NCBI GenBank assembly: GCA_963674755.2
Contig: CAXXVS010000002.1
Coordinates: 1,056,001-1,120,000 of the forward strand
DNA from: Desulfobacterales bacterium
GTDB lineage: Bacteria; Desulfobacterota; Desulfobacteria; Desulfobacterales; UBA5852
Reading direction: 5' to 3'
Length of the DNA stretch: 64,000 bases
How positions within the stretch are numbered: the stretch's first letter is position 1; every line of letters starts with the position of its first letter. The notes beneath the pieces are model-generated. The model searched no databases, was not told where the DNA came from, and was given only the letters and a program-made list of their open reading frames with translations. The position numbers and the translations under genes are program-made. Positions 8,972-18,836 of the stretch are shown piece by piece.

Positions 8972-10381
8972 CTAGACCATATTCAACACCGTATTGAGCA
9001 TGTCGTCCACCGTGGTAATCAACTTGGCGGCGGCTTGATAGGCATGTTGGAACTTGACCAGATTGACCATCTCTTCGTCCAGGGATACCCCCGATACGGA
9101 CTCGCGATAGTTTTCGAGATGGGATACCATGGCGTTTTCATACTCGGCGTTGGCGGAGGCGTTGCTCACATCGCTGCCGACACCGCTGGCCAACGCGCTG
9201 TAGTAGCTGTCGAAAGTCGTACTGGCGCTGTTCATGGTCAGCACCCCCTGTAAGTTGGCCATAGCGATGGCGTTGGTGTTGTCCCCCGGCACGCTGGCCG
9301 CGGTGGCCGCCGCGGCAATGCGGTTGACATCCCCGGCAATAGCTGCGTCGACCTCCATGGTGGCGGCTGTGGTGCCGACGAAAAAGGGTTGCCCGGTTAC
9401 CGGATCGCCGGTAGTCGCATCGATGGTCATGCCGAATCCGGACTGGTGGATGGCATTCACTTCGGTTACGATCGTGCTGGCCAGCTCATCCAGACGATCC
9501 AGATAGTCCTGAGCAAATCCGTCACGAACATCGAGCCATCCCTTGAGCTCACCCCCCCCAATGCTGCCGGTGATGTCGATGCCCGTTCCGCCCCTGTCCA
9601 TCCAGACGACATCCTGCAACCCGTCGGCACTGGTGACCGTAGAGAGCTCATAGGCATAAGGGCTCTGCACCAGCGGGTTTCCGTTGGCCGTCATCACCGT
9701 GACCTGCCCCTGGTCATTCTCGTAGGTATTGATGTCGATCAGTTTGGACAACTCTTTCAGTAGTTGGTCGCGCTGGTCCCGGTAGTCGTTGGAATTTTGC
9801 CCGGCGATTTCCACCTGGCTGATTTTTTCGTTCAAGTCGACAATTTGCCGACTAATGCCATTGATTTCATCCACAGTCCCTACAATCGACTGATCATAAT
9901 CAAGCTGAATTTGTTGCAGGTTCGCCGACATGGTGTTGATCGTTCGGGCAAGGGTCTGGCCGCGCGTCAGTAGTGCCGTGCGCTCCGGATAACCCGAGGG
10001 ATTGTTGGCCAAATCCTGCCAGGACGCCCAGAATTGGCTCATGACCTCTTCGAGACCGGCGCCGGAACTTTCATTGAAGATCAATTCGATACGTGACAAC
10101 CCGCTTTCGGTTGCTTCCCATTGACCCAGTTTGGAATTCTCGCCGCTGATCTGCCCGCCGATAAAACTGTCGTAAATACGCTGGATTTCAGCGGCTTTGA
10201 CACCGGTGCCCATTTGACCGGGCTCAAAATTGATCGGTGTGCTGGGCTCCATGACCACCCGCTGCCGCGAGTAACCCGGCGTGTTGACATTCGCGATATT
10301 CTGCCCTGTGACATCAATGGCTTTTTGCTGCGTCAACAAGGAGCGGGTCGCTACGTTTAAGATTCCATAGATATCAGGCAT
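8972..10381 (-). CDS. flgK: Flagellar hook-associated protein 1
   Basis: GQNIANVNTPGYSRQR and SVSGVSLDEEMVNLVKFQHAYQAAAK motifs. Confidence 0.97.
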   Translation of the reverse strand: MPDIYGILNVATRSLLTQQKAIDVTGQNIANVNTPGYSRQRVVMEPSTPINFEPGQMGTGVKAAEIQRIYDSFIGGQISGENSKLGQWEATESGLSRIELIFNESSGAGLEEVMSQFWASWQDLANNPSGYPERTALLTRGQTLARTINTMSANLQQIQLDYDQSIVGTVDEINGISRQIVDLNEKISQVEIAGQNSNDYRDQRDQLLKELSKLIDINTYENDQGQVTVMTANGNPLVQSPYAYELSTVTSADGLQDVVWMDRGGTGIDITGSIGGGELKGWLDVRDGFAQDYLDRLDELASTIVTEVNAIHQSGFGMTIDATTGDPVTGQPFFVGTTAATMEVDAAIAGDVNRIAAAATAASVPGDNTNAIAMANLQGVLTMNSASTTFDSYYSALASGVGSDVSNASANAEYENAMVSHLENYRESVSGVSLDEEMVNLVKFQHAYQAAAKLITTVDDMLNTVLNMV

Positions 10382-10402
10382 GGCTCATCACCTTTTTACA
10401 GT

Positions 10403-11452
10403 CTATCCATTCCCATTGCGCGCCAACGCGTTGAAAATCGCCTTGGGGACTTTATGCAGCGGCTGGATTTCATGGACGCCACCGAGTTTGATGGCCTCTT
10501 TGGGCATCCCGAAGACCACGCAGGTCTGTTCATCCTGGGAAATATTGTAGGCGCCGTTCTGGTGCATCGCCAGCATTCCTTTGGCGCCGTCAGCCCCCAT
10601 GCCGGTGAGAATGACGCCGACCGCGTTGCGCCCGGCATGCTTGGCCACCGAATGGAACATGACATCGACGCTCGGTCGCTGGTAATGAACCCGGGGACCG
10701 CCTTTGATTTGCACCAGATAGTTCCCGCCACTGCGGTGCAGGACCATGTGGTGGTTGCCCGGCGCAATCAGGGCCAGACCGGGCACCACGTGATCGTTGT
10801 CTTGGGCTTCGCGAACTTCCATGGGGCAAAGGCTGTTCAGTCGCTCGGCGAACGTCTTGGTGAATGTCTCCGGCATATGCTGGACAATGACAGTTCCGGG
10901 CGATCCTGCCGGCAGGTCCTTGAGAACGGCCTCGATGGCTTTGGTGCCTCCGGTCGAAGCGCCGATGGCGATAATCTGGTGAGTGGTTTTGGTCAAAAGA
11001 CCGCTGCTCAGGCTGACTTTTTCATGTCTCCCGTCGACATTACTGGACGAGACGGCGCTGACTTTGGCGTTCGCTGCGGCCCGAATGGCATGCACCAGCT
11101 GTCGAGACGCATCCTGAGTGGAGTACGCGGAACCGGTTTTGCATAGGACCTCGACAGCACCCAGATCGAGGGCCTTGATGGCGGTTTCGCTGTTGCGCGG
11201 TGTCAGTGAACTCAGCACAATGACCGGCAGAGGATAGTGTTTCATAAGCTTTGCCAGAAACGATAACCCGTCCATGCGGGGCATTTCCAGATCCAAAGTG
11301 ATGACATCCGGCTTGAGCTTGATGATCTTATCCCTCGCCACATAGGGATCGACGGCCGTGCCGACAATGTCGATATCCTCATAACGTGACAATTGGTCGC
11401 TCAGTATTTTCCGTACGACTGCGGAATCGTCTACAATCAGAACTTTAATCAT
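10403..11452 (-). CDS. cheB: Chemotaxis response regulator protein-glutamate methylesterase
   Basis: REC domain (IKVLIVDDS, TLDLEMP) plus methylesterase motifs GASTGG, VQHMP and GMGADG. Confidence 0.96.
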   Translation of the reverse strand: MIKVLIVDDSAVVRKILSDQLSRYEDIDIVGTAVDPYVARDKIIKLKPDVITLDLEMPRMDGLSFLAKLMKHYPLPVIVLSSLTPRNSETAIKALDLGAVEVLCKTGSAYSTQDASRQLVHAIRAAANAKVSAVSSSNVDGRHEKVSLSSGLLTKTTHQIIAIGASTGGTKAIEAVLKDLPAGSPGTVIVQHMPETFTKTFAERLNSLCPMEVREAQDNDHVVPGLALIAPGNHHMVLHRSGGNYLVQIKGGPRVHYQRPSVDVMFHSVAKHAGRNAVGVILTGMGADGAKGMLAMHQNGAYNISQDEQTCVVFGMPKEAIKLGGVHEIQPLHKVPKAIFNALARNGNG

Positions 11453-11511
11453 AGCGGCTCTCTGGTATTCCGAATACGGGCCTGAATCAGCTGCAAGCAT
11501 TGCTCACGCAT

Positions 11512-11985
11512 TCATGTGGACCGTAAGTAAAGTTGACATTCGCCTTCATCCAGACTCAAAAAAGCCGAAGCATAACCTTGGGGATCCGATTGGTACTCCT
11601 TGATCAACGCCTTTGCGGCTTCAGCCTCCAGAATTTGTGGTTTCTGGATATCAAAAACGGCCTCAACGCCTCCAATGCGCGGCAGGAGATTTCCACAAAT
11701 TACATTCAAAGCTTCCTGCAGGGCATCCTTTTGCTGATCGACCGGTGGTGCTTCATCTTCCTCAAGCCCCAGCATGTTGGCGGCGAGTTCGGGCAGGGCC
11801 GCAGAGGAAATAAGCATCAGCAATCCTCCCTGGGCGTGGCCATTGAAGGTGACATGGCAGCTGGTGACACTTTCCGCCCATATGGCATCGGGATCCACAT
11901 CGTCCGCAAAGCTGAAAATAAACGCCAGCTGCTCCAATGTTTCTACGGTGACTTCCATCAGCACATCTGAATGCTCATGATGCAT
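11512..11985 (-). CDS. cheX: CheX-like chemotaxis phosphatase
   Basis: 157 aa; LAANMLG and DALQEALNVICGN (ExxN) pattern; adjacent to cheY. Confidence 0.8.
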   Translation of the reverse strand: MHHEHSDVLMEVTVETLEQLAFIFSFADDVDPDAIWAESVTSCHVTFNGHAQGGLLMLISSAALPELAANMLGLEEDEAPPVDQQKDALQEALNVICGNLLPRIGGVEAVFDIQKPQILEAEAAKALIKEYQSDPQGYASAFLSLDEGECQLYLRST

Positions 11986-12367
11986 TGCTATCTCCTATTC
12001 CCGTTAAGGCATGAATGGAGTCCCGTATGATTTCAGGCGTAAAGGGTTTATGGATAAATTTTATCCCTTTACGTTCAAGTCGTTCGATACGGGTGGCACT
12101 GCCCTCGGTCGAAATCACGATGGTCGGCAGATTCGCCAACTCCGGGTCGGCCTTCATGTGATCAATCATTTCCTCGCCATTCATAACGGGCATATTGATA
12201 TCGGCGACCACCAGATCGACCCAATTGCCGCGGGCGGCATCCAGCCCCTCCTGTCCGTTGCCGGCCTGATAAACTTCCCCCAAGTCAAGCCCGCTCATTC
12301 GTATGGTTTTGATAATCATCGCCCGCATAACACTGCTGTCATCGACGATTAGAACATTGAGTGGCAT
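11975..12367 (-). CDS. cheY: Single-domain response regulator (CheY-like)
   Basis: VLIVDDS, ADINMP, ISTE and HKPF motifs; lies within the che block. Confidence 0.85.
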   Translation of the reverse strand: MPLNVLIVDDSSVMRAMIIKTIRMSGLDLGEVYQAGNGQEGLDAARGNWVDLVVADINMPVMNGEEMIDHMKADPELANLPTIVISTEGSATRIERLERKGIKFIHKPFTPEIIRDSIHALTGIGDSNAS

Positions 12368-12401
12368 AGCATTACCCCATTACCCTTTTCCCGTTGCACG
12401 G

Positions 12402-13253
12402 TTATTCTTCTAAAAAAACGTCTGAGAGTTCTTCGATCCACTGCAGCGTCTGACTGGCAACACGCTCCAACGTGAATGGCTTCAGGCCGAGGCGGCGTGT
12501 GACCGCAGGTGATGGCTTGTACTGCAGCCCTTCCCGGCCGACCCCGATTCCCATCATCAGGCAGAGGACATTGGCGACATGAACGACATCCGTTGTACAG
12601 TTCGTTGTGTCGGCTCCTTCGGGATCATGGTGCCAGCGCACCGCATGAACCAGATCTCCAGGAAGCGACCAATTCGAGAGAATGTGGGCGCCGATTTCGG
12701 CGTGGTCGATGCCCAGCACCGCTTTTTCAGCAACTTCAAAGGATATGTCGCTGCCGGCAGCGGTCTGGATGGCAGCCAGATCCTCCTGGATAAATTGGCC
12801 CAGAATCAGTTTGCCGACATCATGTACCAAAGCGGCGGTAAAGATATCCTCCGTGTCCTTCAGTTTTAACTCCCGGCTTAATCCTTCCGCCGCCACTGAA
12901 ACGGCGATGGAGTGGCGCCATAGTTCACCCCCCGGCAAATCGTAGCCGGGAATCGGCCCATTCATCACGGCCCCTACACAGGAAGTCATCACGAGTTGTT
13001 TGATTTTTTTTATGCCCAACAGCATGACGGCGCGTTTGACCGATCCGACTTTGGAGGTCAGACCGATATAGGCTGAATTGCTGAGCTTGAGAACGTTGGC
13101 AGTCATACCCGGATCCAACCGCAGAACGTCTTCAATGGCCTGAACGGATGTTTCCGGGTCTTCCAACATGTTAAGAAGTTTGACAGTCGATCCTGGAATG
13201 CTCGGAAAGGCGTCAATCTTGACTAAAATCTTTTCGAGATATTCTGATTTCAT
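12402..13253 (-). CDS. HDOD domain protein
   Basis: DPGMTANVLKLSNSA, LWRHSIAV, ALVHDVGKL, DHAEIGA and AVRWHHDP motifs. Confidence 0.92.
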   Translation of the reverse strand: MKSEYLEKILVKIDAFPSIPGSTVKLLNMLEDPETSVQAIEDVLRLDPGMTANVLKLSNSAYIGLTSKVGSVKRAVMLLGIKKIKQLVMTSCVGAVMNGPIPGYDLPGGELWRHSIAVSVAAEGLSRELKLKDTEDIFTAALVHDVGKLILGQFIQEDLAAIQTAAGSDISFEVAEKAVLGIDHAEIGAHILSNWSLPGDLVHAVRWHHDPEGADTTNCTTDVVHVANVLCLMMGIGVGREGLQYKPSPAVTRRLGLKPFTLERVASQTLQWIEELSDVFLEE

Positions 13254-13723
13254 AGCTGGCTCACTGACCCGTTGCTGGAAATTTTGACTTCTCCGGTAGT
13301 AATGTCGAAATGCACGGTTCGCCCGGCATGCCCTCCGACATCGTCAGCCTTCAGAAGAACGTTGTTTTTCCAGAGCAGCTTTTTCAAGACCGTGAAATTG
13401 CGTTCCCCGATTTTAAAGATTTCGTTTTTACCCAGCGGTTGACCGCAGCCGGCCGCTTTGACAACCAAGCGGCTTTTCTCTCCGCCAATCCGGTAAATTT
13501 CCTTAAACAACTTGGGAACTCCCAGATCCACGAACATATAGGGGTTGTTAGCCGCTTTTTCCGGGTTAATCTTGGACAGGGGCAGCATGGCATGCAGAAG
13601 GCCCCCTACCAGGGCCTGCGGGTCATAAACCATTAGACCCAGGCAACTCCCCAGAGCGTGGGTGACTAAGACATCGCCCTTCTTGCCTAGTTTCATATCG
13701 GCTACCACAACGACATTTTTCAT
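13250..13723 (-). CDS. cheD: Chemoreceptor glutamine deamidase
   Basis: LGSCLG, LLHAMLP, IGERN and DVGG..GRT motifs. Confidence 0.92.
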   Translation of the reverse strand: MKNVVVVADMKLGKKGDVLVTHALGSCLGLMVYDPQALVGGLLHAMLPLSKINPEKAANNPYMFVDLGVPKLFKEIYRIGGEKSRLVVKAAGCGQPLGKNEIFKIGERNFTVLKKLLWKNNVLLKADDVGGHAGRTVHFDITTGEVKISSNGSVSQL

Positions 13724-13746
13724 TTATGCCATCCGAACCCTGTAGT

Positions 13747-14568
13747 TCATTTCCGTTTTCGATAGATTGCGGGTTTCATATACTGAAAAGCGTGACGCAC
13801 TCCGGAAAGGCCTTCGGAATGGCCCACAAAAAGATACCCCCCCGGCATCAACAGCTCATAAAAGCGGTTCACCAACTCCTGCTGGGTCGGGCGGTCGAAA
13901 TAAATCATAACGTTTCGGCAGAAAATGACGTTGAAAGGCCCTTTCATAGGCCAGGCCTGCATCAGGTTCAAGGGCGCCAAACGCACCAGTTTGCGCAATG
14001 CCGGTTTCACACGATAGCGTTTTTCCACGCCATTGGGGCAGCATTCGAAGTATTTCTGAACCAACGGCCGGGGAACATCCACCATACGTTCTTGGGAATA
14101 GACGGCTTCACGCGCGGTTTCCAACATCCGGTCGGAAATGTCCGTGGACAGGATCAAAACATCTTTTTTATCGATCGCGGCGATATTTTCCCGCAACACC
14201 ATAGCCAGCGTGTAAGGCTCCTCACCCGAGGAGCAGGCCGCACTCCAGAATCGCAGCCGCTGCTGATCGAGTTCGGGAAGAATCGCTTCGGCCAGATAGT
14301 CGAAATGCGCCGACTCCCGGAAAAAGCTGGTTTTGTTGGTGGTCATGACATCGATCAGGGTATGGATTTCGTCTCGACCCCGTTCGCTGGCGATCAAATC
14401 CATATAGGCCTTGATGCTCGGAATCGCCAGCGCCCGCAGGCGTTTCATAAGCCGTGCACGTACCAAGGCTTCCTTGCCGGATTTCAGGTTGATACCGCAT
14501 TGCTGGTAAACAAGCTGGCTGATTTCTTCGAATTGCCGGTGGTTTAATTCCGCTGTCGACAAGCTCAT
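13747..14568 (-). CDS. cheR: Chemotaxis protein methyltransferase
   Basis: TTNKTSFFRE, WSAACSSGEEPY, IFCRNVMIYFD and GHSE motifs. Confidence 0.96.
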   Translation of the reverse strand: MSLSTAELNHRQFEEISQLVYQQCGINLKSGKEALVRARLMKRLRALAIPSIKAYMDLIASERGRDEIHTLIDVMTTNKTSFFRESAHFDYLAEAILPELDQQRLRFWSAACSSGEEPYTLAMVLRENIAAIDKKDVLILSTDISDRMLETAREAVYSQERMVDVPRPLVQKYFECCPNGVEKRYRVKPALRKLVRLAPLNLMQAWPMKGPFNVIFCRNVMIYFDRPTQQELVNRFYELLMPGGYLFVGHSEGLSGVRHAFQYMKPAIYRKRK

Positions 14569-14597
14569 CGTCTTACGCTTTCCTGCTAAGTGGTAGA

Positions 14598-17381
14598 TTA
14601 GGCCACCGCCTGTACAGGCGGTGCGTCGCTCAGGCGCTTTTCCTTCGTTCCTTCCTGTCCGTCTCGGCAGGCGTAGCGCATCAGGCTGCCCACATCCAGA
14701 ATCAGGCCCACACGTCCGTTCGGCATGATGGCGCTTCCGGAAATACCGGGAATGTGGCGCATCGTCTCCCCAAGGGTTTTGATAACGACTTGCTGGCGGC
14801 CCATCAGTTCATGGATCACGAGCCCGGCCTTATGGTGTTCGTCTTCCACGATCACCACCAGCATATTCTCATCGTCAACATCGTCTCCCTTTAAGCCGTA
14901 GAGATCCACCAGGCGAACCAACGGAATCAGCTTGCCCTGCATCGAGATCATCTCGCCCCGGCCGTATACGGTCGAGATGTCTTGGGGTTCCGGTTTGATG
15001 GATTTGATGATGGAAACGGTGGGGATGACGTATGTCTCACACCCGACCTTCACCACCATCCCGTCGATAATGGCCAGGGTCAGGGGCAGGCTCATTTTAA
15101 ACGTACTGCCGACGCCCTTGACCGAATGGATTTCCACCTGACCGCGGAGCGATTCGATGTTTTTGCGAACCACATCCATGCCGACACCACGACCGGAAAC
15201 GTCGGTCACTTCCGCAGCCGTTGAAAAACCGGGTTCGAACACCATGTTGAAAATATCCCGATCGCTCAACGCGGCCCCCTCACTGACCAATCCGTTTTGA
15301 ATGGCTTTGTTCAAGATCACATCACGATCGAGGCCTTTACCGTCATCCTGTATTTCCACGACCACGTTGCCGGCCGAATGATAGGCGGCCAGCTTGACCT
15401 GCCCGGTTTCCTCTTTGCCGTTTTCCCGGCGCTTTTCCGGTGCTTCGATGCCGTGATCCACGGCATTGCGGATCATATGGACCAGGGGATCGTTAATGAC
15501 GTCAACCAGGTTGCGATCGATTTCCGTCTCTTCACCATCGGTAACGAGATGAACCTGTTTGCCGGTTTTGCGCGAGACATCGCGCACCAGGCGGGCCATT
15601 TTACTAAAGGTGGCCTTCAGGGGCACCATTCGCAGGGACATGCTCATATCCTGCAATTCGCGGACGATCTTGGTGGTATGCGCGATTTTTTTAATGAGGT
15701 CGTGATTGTTGCCGTTGATGACGATATCATCTTGGGCCACCATGGAATGGGCGATCACCAACTCGCCGACCATATCGATAAGGCGGTCCAGGCGGCTGGT
15801 GCTGACCCTGACCGAACTGTCCACGATATTCTGGGGGTTTTTCATCCGCTGCTGGGTTCGCAGGGCTTGGCTAACCTCCTTCACAGAGGCTTGCTGAGTT
15901 CTCACCATCTTGACCCCGATCGGTGCCCCTTCGCCCGAACCGACCGCATTTTCGATCTGCTCACGGGTAGCCGTGCCCTGCGCCACCATGATGTCGCCGA
16001 CACGCGGTGATGTGACGGTTTCCTCCACATCCTCCCGGCTCACTTTACCCTGGGCCACGAGCAAATCGCCCACACGCGGCAAGGGTGCATCGCCGGTTTC
16101 CTCGGAAATGCCTGCCGCCTCGGGTGCCGCCAATACCGTCAGCAGCTCATCATAGCCCGGCGGCTTCATCAGCGCTGCTCCGCCCAGCGCTTCCTGGACC
16201 CTTTCGATCAGGGCCTTGAGCATATCCAGGGCGCGCAGAGACAAATCGGCATAACCGCCGGTGTAACGGATTTCGCGGTCTCGTACCCGGCTGAGCAGAC
16301 TCTCGGCATGATGTCCCATATCGGCAATGATCGCCAGTTCGAGAAAAGCGGAGGTTCCTTTGATGGTATGGAAAGCCCGGAATACCATCCCGACAGCGTC
16401 CATGTCGTCCGGATCGGTTTCCAGCATGAGCAGTGCTTCTTCGGCCTTGGCAATCAGATCGATGCCCTCTTCGATAAATTCACCGATCAGCTCAAAATCG
16501 GGTTCACCCGGCATGTAATCATTTAAATCCCGTTGCGGTACGGCAGACGATACGCCTGGCGCAGGCATTTGGTCGATGTCGCTGGCATCCTCGGCAGGCG
16601 ACGCTTCAGGTTCACCCCCGGCAGTCCCCGCTGTTTCAACGGACATGTCTTCGGTATCGAGGATGGGAAATTCATCATTTTCCTCCATGGTTTCCTTTTG
16701 ATCCTCCACCGGAGCACATTGGGTTTTATCCATAAAAAGATCCATAGCCGACTGAATCTGTGCGCCAATAAGGTCAGTCGCATCATCGGTCAGGCCGGCC
16801 TCACTGGCCAACATGGTTTTCAGCGCAGCACCGGCGTCTCGCAAGATGGTCCGAACGGCGTCCGGATAACGGTCTTCCTCTCCCAATTGTCCCAAAACGT
16901 CTTGAATCGCGTACCATTCGGCGGCATTGTTGGTATCTGCCTGAACGAGCATTGCCGCGGCATCATCGATACTGACCGTCGGCTGGAGCGCCGCTTCGGC
17001 CTCCGGCGCTGGCGTTAGCTCGTCTTCTCCCTGGCAACTGCTGCCCAGCAGTTCTTCCATACGATCGATGGCCTTTTGCACCCTCTTTTTCCGATCCGAA
17101 CCGTTTTCGAGATAATGTCGCGCGGCTTCGAAACCATCGGCAATCGCGTCAATAATCGCCAAATAATCATTGAGCGATTTCTGCGCGATGGCGTCGATCG
17201 CTCGCCGACAGCCCGCCAAAAGGGTTCGAATGGATTTCATCTGACCGGGAATCGTCGTCTCGATCGTGGCCACCTCACGCGCCATTGCGCACCAGCCTTC
17301 ACGATCGTTCAAACTGAGGCTGTCAAGATTCTCGATAAATTGATTCAGTTGGGGAATAACTTTGGATCCTGTCTTGGTCAT
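14598..17381 (-). CDS. cheA: Chemotaxis histidine kinase CheA with long N-terminal extension and MshEN-like repeats
   Basis: HPt (FRAFHTIKG), dimerisation (RLDRLIDMVGELVI), HATPase (HMIRNAVDHGIE, SGRGVGMDVV) and CheW-like domains; start taken at the first ATG downstream of flgN. Confidence 0.95.
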   Translation of the reverse strand: MTKTGSKVIPQLNQFIENLDSLSLNDREGWCAMAREVATIETTIPGQMKSIRTLLAGCRRAIDAIAQKSLNDYLAIIDAIADGFEAARHYLENGSDRKKRVQKAIDRMEELLGSSCQGEDELTPAPEAEAALQPTVSIDDAAAMLVQADTNNAAEWYAIQDVLGQLGEEDRYPDAVRTILRDAGAALKTMLASEAGLTDDATDLIGAQIQSAMDLFMDKTQCAPVEDQKETMEENDEFPILDTEDMSVETAGTAGGEPEASPAEDASDIDQMPAPGVSSAVPQRDLNDYMPGEPDFELIGEFIEEGIDLIAKAEEALLMLETDPDDMDAVGMVFRAFHTIKGTSAFLELAIIADMGHHAESLLSRVRDREIRYTGGYADLSLRALDMLKALIERVQEALGGAALMKPPGYDELLTVLAAPEAAGISEETGDAPLPRVGDLLVAQGKVSREDVEETVTSPRVGDIMVAQGTATREQIENAVGSGEGAPIGVKMVRTQQASVKEVSQALRTQQRMKNPQNIVDSSVRVSTSRLDRLIDMVGELVIAHSMVAQDDIVINGNNHDLIKKIAHTTKIVRELQDMSMSLRMVPLKATFSKMARLVRDVSRKTGKQVHLVTDGEETEIDRNLVDVINDPLVHMIRNAVDHGIEAPEKRRENGKEETGQVKLAAYHSAGNVVVEIQDDGKGLDRDVILNKAIQNGLVSEGAALSDRDIFNMVFEPGFSTAAEVTDVSGRGVGMDVVRKNIESLRGQVEIHSVKGVGSTFKMSLPLTLAIIDGMVVKVGCETYVIPTVSIIKSIKPEPQDISTVYGRGEMISMQGKLIPLVRLVDLYGLKGDDVDDENMLVVIVEDEHHKAGLVIHELMGRQQVVIKTLGETMRHIPGISGSAIMPNGRVGLILDVGSLMRYACRDGQEGTKEKRLSDAPPVQAVA

Positions 17382-17430
17382 GATGAGTGTTCCGAATCTC
17401 TGCCTGAAGTTAGGGTAGAATGAATGATGG

Positions 17431-17931
17431 CTAAACAGCACCGGAAAGCATTCGACCGGTATAGCCTTCCTTGTGAATACGCCCCGTAGCATGATAGACC
17501 GGGTTCGGTCTCGATAACGCTGTTAATAGTTTGATCGACCCGCTGACAAACCGCAAGGCCTGCAGACATAGGGATCGGTTCCGTTCCGAGATGACTTGGA
17601 TCTCATCGATCAGAGCCTGGAGCCGCACCCCTTTTTGTTTAATCTGGGAGGCGTACGGTTCGTCGACCCTTTCGCTCAGTTGCGAGATGGTCAGGGAAGC
17701 CTCCTCAACCCCCAGGAAAGCAGCCATTTCGTGGGCCGTCTGGCGTCGCAGGTGTTCGGCTTTGCGAATATTCTGGAGGAGCATCTCCTTGTCCATCAGA
17801 ACCCGGTTGAGTTCTTCAAGATCGGAAGCCAGAACAGCGCTGCGTTCGGCATTAAAGAGATCCCGGAGTTTGCGATAGAGGTTCAGCTGCCGGTCAACAC
17901 AATCACTCAAAGCACTCAGCAATTTTTCCAT
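17431..17931 (-). CDS. flgN: Flagellar export chaperone FlgN
   Basis: 166-aa helical protein directly after flgM, with C-terminal Y...G motif. Confidence 0.85.
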   Translation of the reverse strand: MEKLLSALSDCVDRQLNLYRKLRDLFNAERSAVLASDLEELNRVLMDKEMLLQNIRKAEHLRRQTAHEMAAFLGVEEASLTISQLSERVDEPYASQIKQKGVRLQALIDEIQVISERNRSLCLQALRFVSGSIKLLTALSRPNPVYHATGRIHKEGYTGRMLSGAV

Positions 17932-17987
17932 TCCACTCTCCGTAGAATCGACCGCAAACTTCCAATAGCCTTATCGATGTGGGTTCG

Positions 17988-18305
17988 TTAGTTCATGTTA
18001 AAGCTATTGTTGAACGTCATATCCCGCATCATGCGCTCAGCGATCTGGCTGCCGTCGATTTTATACGCCCCCGTTTCAAGCTGAAGGCTAATTTGGGCCA
18101 CTTTGGGCTCATCCATATCAGGTATCTCATCCAGCAGTTTGCGGGCCTCCTGGATCTCGCGGGCCTTGGGCGACAAGACCACTTTGTCAACCAGAGCGGT
18201 TTCAGCGGAAACCCCTTGCGACTGCTCTTGAACGCCGGCGGCCTCTCTGGTCTTTTGGGCATAGGCCTCGAAATTAATGTGAACGTTGCTGTCATTGATC
18301 TTCAT
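17988..18305 (-). CDS. flgM: Anti-sigma28 factor
   Basis: DKVVLSPKA...KVAQI...G.YKID...IAERM pattern; GGAGG RBS. Confidence 0.9.
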   Translation of the reverse strand: MKINDSNVHINFEAYAQKTREAAGVQEQSQGVSAETALVDKVVLSPKAREIQEARKLLDEIPDMDEPKVAQISLQLETGAYKIDGSQIAERMMRDMTFNNSFNMN

Positions 18306-18426
18306 ACGTAACCTCCAGCTGCGGATCCTGCGGTTTAAAAGTCATCCATGGTCGAAGCGATGTCTCAGCGGCGGTCTTTTAAACGTCCGGTCACCGACGT
18401 TCGAAAGATCTAATCCCGCAAGGGGC

Positions 18427-18454
18427 TTATCGGCCGCTCCCAGCTGGAGCTTTA
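18427..18454 (-). promoter_or_regulatory. Sigma28 (FliA) promoter upstream of flgM
   Basis: Minus strand TAAA-N16-GCCGATAA. Confidence 0.8.
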
Positions 18455-18462
18455 GTTGTTTA

Positions 18463-18822
18463 TCAGTCCTTCATCTCCAAGACGGTCTTGCCGATCGCCT
18501 CAGGATCCAATGTGCTGCGCATCTGCTGTGCCAACCCTAAACTGCCCTGCCCGAGAGCCATTTCCCGGGCGATCTGCTGGTCCAGCATGGAGGTATAGAT
18601 TTCCTCGGCCCGGCCACTGTCAGCTAATCCGGATTCGGGAACGCTGGTGCGCATCGTCTTAAACAACTGCTCGACAAAAATCGCTTCAAAGTCGGCACAT
18701 GCCTTAGCCAGTCGTTGCTCCTTTGATACGGCATGCGCGGCATCGGTCGAACTCCCGCTACATTTGGATGACGATAACGAAGCCGCATTCGGCACCCGCG
18801 AATTCAAATGAATGTCCGCCAT
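18463..18822 (-). CDS. flgJ: Rod-binding-only FlgJ (no muramidase domain)
   Basis: 119 aa; ACADFEAIFVEQLFKTMR...MLDQQIA motif; follows flgI. Confidence 0.9.
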   Translation of the reverse strand: MADIHLNSRVPNAASLSSSKCSGSSTDAAHAVSKEQRLAKACADFEAIFVEQLFKTMRTSVPESGLADSGRAEEIYTSMLDQQIAREMALGQGSLGLAQQMRSTLDPEAIGKTVLEMKD

Positions 18823-18836
18823 ATTTCTCTCTTCTC

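Noticed and set aside
13726..14547. 273-aa plus-strand ORF
   Set aside because: Antisense shadow of cheR with no recognisable motifs; such shadows are common in GC-rich DNA.
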